From Bacilli bacterium (GTDB taxonomy: Bacteria; Bacillota_I; Bacilli_A; RF39; UBA660), in contig JAFZKH010000002.1 in NCBI GenBank assembly GCA_017553685.1, positions 44,141 to 108,140 of the forward strand: 64,000 nucleotides of DNA. Direction: 5' to 3'. The position numbers and the translations under genes are program-made. The notes under the pieces were generated by a model. The model had not been told where the DNA came from and ran no database searches. It saw nothing but the letters and a program-made list of their open reading frames with translations. Of the stretch, positions 59,334 to 64,000 are shown piece by piece; position 1 is the first letter of the stretch, and each line of letters begins with the position of its first letter.

Positions 59334-61094
59334 ATGATTAATATTAAAGAAGATGAAAGATTAAGTAGATTAAATCATTCATGTGCACATTTAATGGCAC
59401 AAGCAGTAAAACATTTATATCCAAATGCTAAATTCTGGGTAGGACCTGTTATTGAAGAAGGTTTCTATTATGATATTGATTTAGGAGATAAAGTTATTAC
59501 TGATGAAGATATTGAAGCTATTTCTAAGGAAATGAAAAAACTTGCTAAAGATGGAAAGAGAATTTATAGAGAAGAAATTTCTAAAGCAGAAGCTTTAGAA
59601 AAGTTTAAAGATGATCCATATAAAATAGATTTAATTGAAAGAATGGATGAAGATAATACAGTAATATCTTGTTATACTCAAGGAGACTTTACTGATTTAT
59701 GTAGAGGACCTCATGTTGACTCAGTTAAAGAGTTAAAAAACTTTAAATTACTTAAGTTTTCAGGTGCTTATTGGAAAGGTGATTCTAATAATAAAATGCT
59801 TCAAAGAATATATGGAGTATGTTTTGATAATGAAGAAGATTTAAATAATTATTTACAAGAATTAGAAGAAGCTAAAGAAAGAGACCATAGAAAAATAGGT
59901 AAAGAACTAGGCATTTATATGATGAGTGATCTAGTAGGAAGAGGACTTCCTATGTATTTACCAAATGGTTTCATTATGTGGAATGAACTTGAAAATTATA
60001 TTAGAAATAAAGAAATTAAAAGAGGATATAAACATGTTCAAACTCCACCTTTAGGTAATGTAAATCTTTATAAAACAAGTGGTCACCTAGAACACTATAA
60101 AGATGCTATGTTCCCAATAATGGAAGTAGAAGATGAAGAATATGTTTTAAGACCTATGAACTGTCCTCATCACATGGTTATATATGGAAATGATATACAT
60201 TCTTATAGAGATTTACCTTTAAGAATAGCAGAAATAGCTAGAGATTGTAGATATGAAGCTTCTGGTGCTTTAAAAGGTATAGAAAGAGTTAGATCTTTCT
60301 GCCAAAATGATTCACATATCTTCTGTACTTTAGAACAAGTAGAATCTGAATTTAAAGGTGTAGTAGATTTAATTCTTGAATGTTATAACGAATTAAATAT
60401 TAAGAATTATAGATTTGAATTATCTTTAAGAGATCCTGAAGATAAAGTTAAATATCATCCAGATGATGAAATGTGGAATAAAGCAGAAGATATGCTTAGA
60501 ACAGTATTAAATGATTTAGGTATAGAATATGTTGAAAAAATAGGTGAAGCTGCATTCTATGGACCTAAATTAGATGTTCAAGTTAAACCTGCAGTAGGTA
60601 ATGAAATAACATTATCAACTTGTCAATTAGACTTCTGTTTACCAGCTAAATTTGATTTATCTTATATAGATTCAGATGGTTCTAAGAAAACTCCAGTAGT
60701 TCTTCATAGAGCAGTATTTGGATCAATTGATAGATTTATTGCATACTATTTAGAAGAAACAAAAGGAATACTTCCTTTATGGCTTTCTCCAGTACAAGTA
60801 AATATAGTACCTGTTAATATGGAATATCATACTAACTATGCTAAACAAGTATATGAAGAATTAAAAACTAATGATATTAGATGTGAAATAGATCTTAGAG
60901 ATGAAAAGATGAATTATAAACTTAGAGAGTCTATTATTCATAAATATCCATTAACTTTAATACTAGGAGATAAAGAAAAAGATAATGAAAATATCTCTTA
61001 TAGAAGATATGGTTCTGATGAAACAATTACTGTTTCAAAAGAGGACTTTATTAAACTAGTTTTAAATGAAATTAAAAGCAAAAAAAGTATTTAA
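59334..61094 (+). CDS. thrS: Threonine--tRNA ligase lacking the N-terminal TGS domain
   Basis: HSCAHLMAQAV editing-domain zinc motif and class II aaRS motifs. The AAAGGAGG SD precedes the ATG at 59334. Confidence 0.9.
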   Translation: MINIKEDERLSRLNHSCAHLMAQAVKHLYPNAKFWVGPVIEEGFYYDIDLGDKVITDEDIEAISKEMKKLAKDGKRIYREEISKAEALEKFKDDPYKIDLIERMDEDNTVISCYTQGDFTDLCRGPHVDSVKELKNFKLLKFSGAYWKGDSNNKMLQRIYGVCFDNEEDLNNYLQELEEAKERDHRKIGKELGIYMMSDLVGRGLPMYLPNGFIMWNELENYIRNKEIKRGYKHVQTPPLGNVNLYKTSGHLEHYKDAMFPIMEVEDEEYVLRPMNCPHHMVIYGNDIHSYRDLPLRIAEIARDCRYEASGALKGIERVRSFCQNDSHIFCTLEQVESEFKGVVDLILECYNELNIKNYRFELSLRDPEDKVKYHPDDEMWNKAEDMLRTVLNDLGIEYVEKIGEAAFYGPKLDVQVKPAVGNEITLSTCQLDFCLPAKFDLSYIDSDGSKKTPVVLHRAVFGSIDRFIAYYLEETKGILPLWLSPVQVNIVPVNMEYHTNYAKQVYEELKTNDIRCEIDLRDEKMNYKLRESIIHKYPLTLILGDKEKDNENISYRRYGSDETITVSKEDFIKLVLNEIKSKKSI

Positions 61095-61112
61095 AATACT
61101 TTTTTTTTATGC
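61086..61112 (+). terminator. Rho-independent terminator
   Basis: AAAGTATTT-AAA-ATACTTT followed by T9. Confidence 0.55.
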
Positions 61113-61158
61113 TATAATTTTATTATAGTGTAATAGTATAGGAAGGTAGGGTATTTTA

Positions 61159-64000
61159 TGAAAAAAACAAAGAAAAATAAGTATATACCATTTAAGAAAA
61201 CTATAATACCAGTATTATCAATTTTAATGATAATTGTAGCTATATTAATAATTGTTTATACATTAGATTATATGAAATTTAAAAAGGATCATGTGGAATA
61301 TAAAAACGAATATATGATTCACGTTATGTACTTAATTATGGATAAAGATGAAGTACCAGAAAATATAACAATGGATCAAACATTTAGTTATGATCCTGAA
61401 ATAGGTATTCAAGGAATTTTAGGTACATCAAACTCTATGGTTCCACTTACTAAAAAGGGTGATTATTTATATGTAGATTTAGATACATTTACTAATCCAA
61501 ATTTATTAGTTAATGAAACTGATTACGTATTTACTAAATATAGTTTAGATGGTGAATTAATTGATGGTTGTGAATACGATAAAGAAACTAATACTATTAA
61601 AGTACCAATTTCATACTTTAAAGAAAATAAAATACATCCTATACAATTAGAAATTCAAACATTAATGACAGAAGAAGATTTCCAAAATATGGAAACTGTA
61701 GTTAATGTTAAAAAATTTATTACTACTAAAACTATTATTAAAAATAATGCTGTAGTACAAGAAACTAGTATTAAATTAACAGGTTTTGGTTCAAAGAAAC
61801 TTAATAAAGATAATGTACATATTTATATGAATAATATGGAAGAAGAACTAGATGATAATATGTATAAAATTGTTGGTAATGAAATAAGAATCTTATTTCC
61901 ACCAGCACAAATTAGTAAACTAGATATTAAAGTAGATTATTCATTAAAAGGTGTATTTGCTAGGGAATATGAAAGCAATCCTAATGAGTTTGTTGCTATT
62001 CAAGTAGATGGACCTATTAATTTACATTTAAATGATACAGGTAGTTTTTCATTATCTGGTCCAGAATCTGGATCTAAAGAGATTAAATACTGCGGTGTAT
62101 ATTCAAATGATAACTGTTTATCAGATAATTCATGGAGCCCATCAGCAGCTAGTTGGACTTATACATATTCTGCATATCCTTCAAGCTATTATAGATTTGA
62201 TTCATCTTCATGGGATGTATTATATAACTTTAGTGTATATCTTGATTCATTAGTTAGTAAAACAGCATCTGGTATAGCATCTACATCAGATATGCCATCT
62301 CGTATAGCATTCTATTGCTTAAACCATAGTTATGGTTCAGGTAATAATGGTGCTCAAACAATGTATATGTCTTATAAAGTAATTGGAGAAACAAGTCACT
62401 CTGTTACAATTCATTATTGGACTACAAATGCATATAGATCTCAAGATGCACAAGCATATTTAAGATTTGAATGGGAAAATGCAGAAGTTGGTTTAAAAGT
62501 TAGAAAAGTAGATGACTCTGGTAATAATATTCAAGGACTTAGTATAACTGCTGTTAATATGGCAAATGCATCAGATACACAAACTGCTATTACTGATGCA
62601 AGTGGTATAGCAACATTCTCAAATTTAACTGATGGTGCTAAATATAAGTTCTATGAAGATTGTAATTCATCTATTACTGTTGCAGGTCATTCTAATACAA
62701 CATTAGCTGCTCAAGGAATATCTTGTGTATATCCATCAACTAATCCATTAAATAATGGTGGTTCTGGTTATACTCCAACAGAAGATTATGCTACAATGAC
62801 TCCTATATCAATGGAAAATATTAAATATAGACACTGTGTAACTGTTCATAAAACAAAAGGAACAGATAATAGAAATGAATCTGGTGTACAATTTCAATTA
62901 AGTGTACCTGCTGGAGTATGTAGTTTATATAATTCAGCATATACATCAGGTGCAGTATCTACTAATTCAAATGGTATAGTAACATTTACTCATTTAGGAT
63001 ATTGTAGCGGTAATGCTACAGTTAGAGTAACAGATACAACTCATGCAGCATCTGTTATTGGAGATAATCCTAGAACAGTAAGTTTTGTTAGATCTCAAAT
63101 TAAGTCTAAAGTAAATGGATTTAATTATAGAGGTGTAACTTATAATGCTGGTGATGAAATACCTGCAATGACAAATAGTGATTTTATTACTAATGAATCT
63201 GCAGGAAGAGTAGAGGAAATATGTCCTACTACTAATCAAGTAGAAGTTAGAGATAAAGATTATGTAGTTATGTGGACTAAGAAAGATATGTCTATTAATA
63301 ATGGACAATCATTAAGTAATGTTACATTTAATGTAAATCTTGGTAATACTCCTGTTAGAGTATTAACTACTAAAGAAAATTATACTGATACAAATAACGT
63401 AACAAAATTATGTTATAAATATACAACTGAAACTGGTAATAATACTACAATAGATTTAAAATCTGATGGTAATGGTGAAGTATGTATCTTCAATTTACCA
63501 AAAGCAGGTGATAATTATACAGTTACTGAAAAATCAACTAATGTATATTCACATAATCCAATAACAGTAACATCATCTGAAAACTATACAAATACTAATT
63601 ATTCAAACTATGAATATATAGTTGATTGGAATAAGAAAGAATTAACTGGTATTTCTACTTCTAATTCTGGTGGTAACTTAGCAGGTGCTAAATTTACTGT
63701 TAAAGATTCAAGAGGTAATACAGTTAGAACTAAAGCTACTAAAGAAACTAGATATGATAATAGAACTCCTGGAGTATCTAGATCATGTTATGTAGTAGAT
63801 TTAATTAATGCGTCTAATAACACTAATTCGGAATTTATATCTGATAGTGATGGTTATGTATGTATTGTAGGTGTTAATAAATCTGAAAACTATACTATTA
63901 CAGAAACTGATCCTGCTACTTATTATGGATATGCTAATAGTAGATCTATAACAGAAGAATCTAAATTAACATTTAATACTACTAATCCTAATCCAAAAAT
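61159..64000 (+). CDS. Large surface protein with N-terminal signal anchor and repeated Cna-B/SpaA-like (prealbumin-fold) domains; 3' partial, runs off the window
   Basis: By direct translation the frame is open from the ATG at 61159 to the window end. The ORF track omits it because there is no in-window stop. It contains repeated GLKVRKVDDSGNNIQGL...TDASGIATFSNLTDGAKYKFYE-type domains. The AGGAAGGTAGGG SD precedes the start. Confidence 0.7.

Noticed and set aside
62032-63308. ORFs 62032-62253 (+) and 62994-63308 (-) listed in the track
   Set aside because: Both fall inside the long open frame starting at 61159, which encodes recognisable Cna-B-like domains. They are wrong-frame or antisense artefacts.
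1-64000. Mobile element, prophage or integrative island borders (integrase, transposase, att repeats)
   Set aside because: No integrase, transposase or recombinase motifs were found in any frame. The tRNA-Gln is intact, with no obvious duplicated 3' half downstream. The tRNA-adjacent glycan locus is therefore called accessory-like only by context.

Overview
This is an AT-rich (about 27% GC) chromosomal segment from a low-GC Gram-positive, Clostridia-like organism. Nearly all genes are on the + strand. It has five parts:

- 1-4.7 kb: the C-terminal end of a topoisomerase IV/gyrase A-subunit gene, a lemA-DUF2207 pair, a small YlbF/YmcA-like gene, rsmD and tRNA-Gln(CUG).
- 4.8-33.6 kb: a roughly 29 kb composite cell-wall glycopolymer locus that starts at a strong promoter immediately after the tRNA. 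It encodes a priming sugar-phosphate transferase, a RhuM-Fic fusion protein, GalE, an LtaS-like sulfatase, a DUF4422 glycosyltransferase, a GT2 glycosyltransferase, two Wzy-like polymerases, two Wzx flippases, TagD and a TagF-like enzyme, three membrane O-acyltransferases, two GT4 glycosyltransferases, a WbbI-like galactofuranosyltransferase, Glf, a DUF3048 protein, an LCP ligase, an O-antigen-ligase-like membrane protein, a GH25 muramidase and an SGNH hydrolase.
- 33.6-39.8 kb: a minus-strand tmcAL/ylbM-like gene, then the conserved rlmN-stp-prkC-rsgA-rpe operon.
- 39.8-54.7 kb: two large surface proteins, including a 4,242-aa giant with Listeria-Bacteroides repeats, an Fn3-like domain, four tandem roughly 180-aa modules, a long parallel beta-helix and a non-canonical C-terminal anchor.
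- 54.7-64 kb: dnaB-like, dnaI, two tandem paralogous acidic proteins, a T-box leader, thrS lacking the N-terminal TGS domain, and the start of another large Cna-B-like surface protein that runs off the window.

No CRISPR array, transposase or integrase is visible.

The most notable signals:

- A G8 homopolymer inside an O-acyltransferase gene of the glycan locus, a candidate for slipped-strand phase variation.
- A GC-rich structured leader plus RhuM-Fic gene embedded in the glycan locus.
- A membrane-anchored GH25 muramidase whose anchor is encoded upstream of the first ATG.
- The giant beta-helix surface protein with an xQTG-type sorting signal.
- Tandem paralogs in the ytxB/ytxC position between dnaI and thrS.
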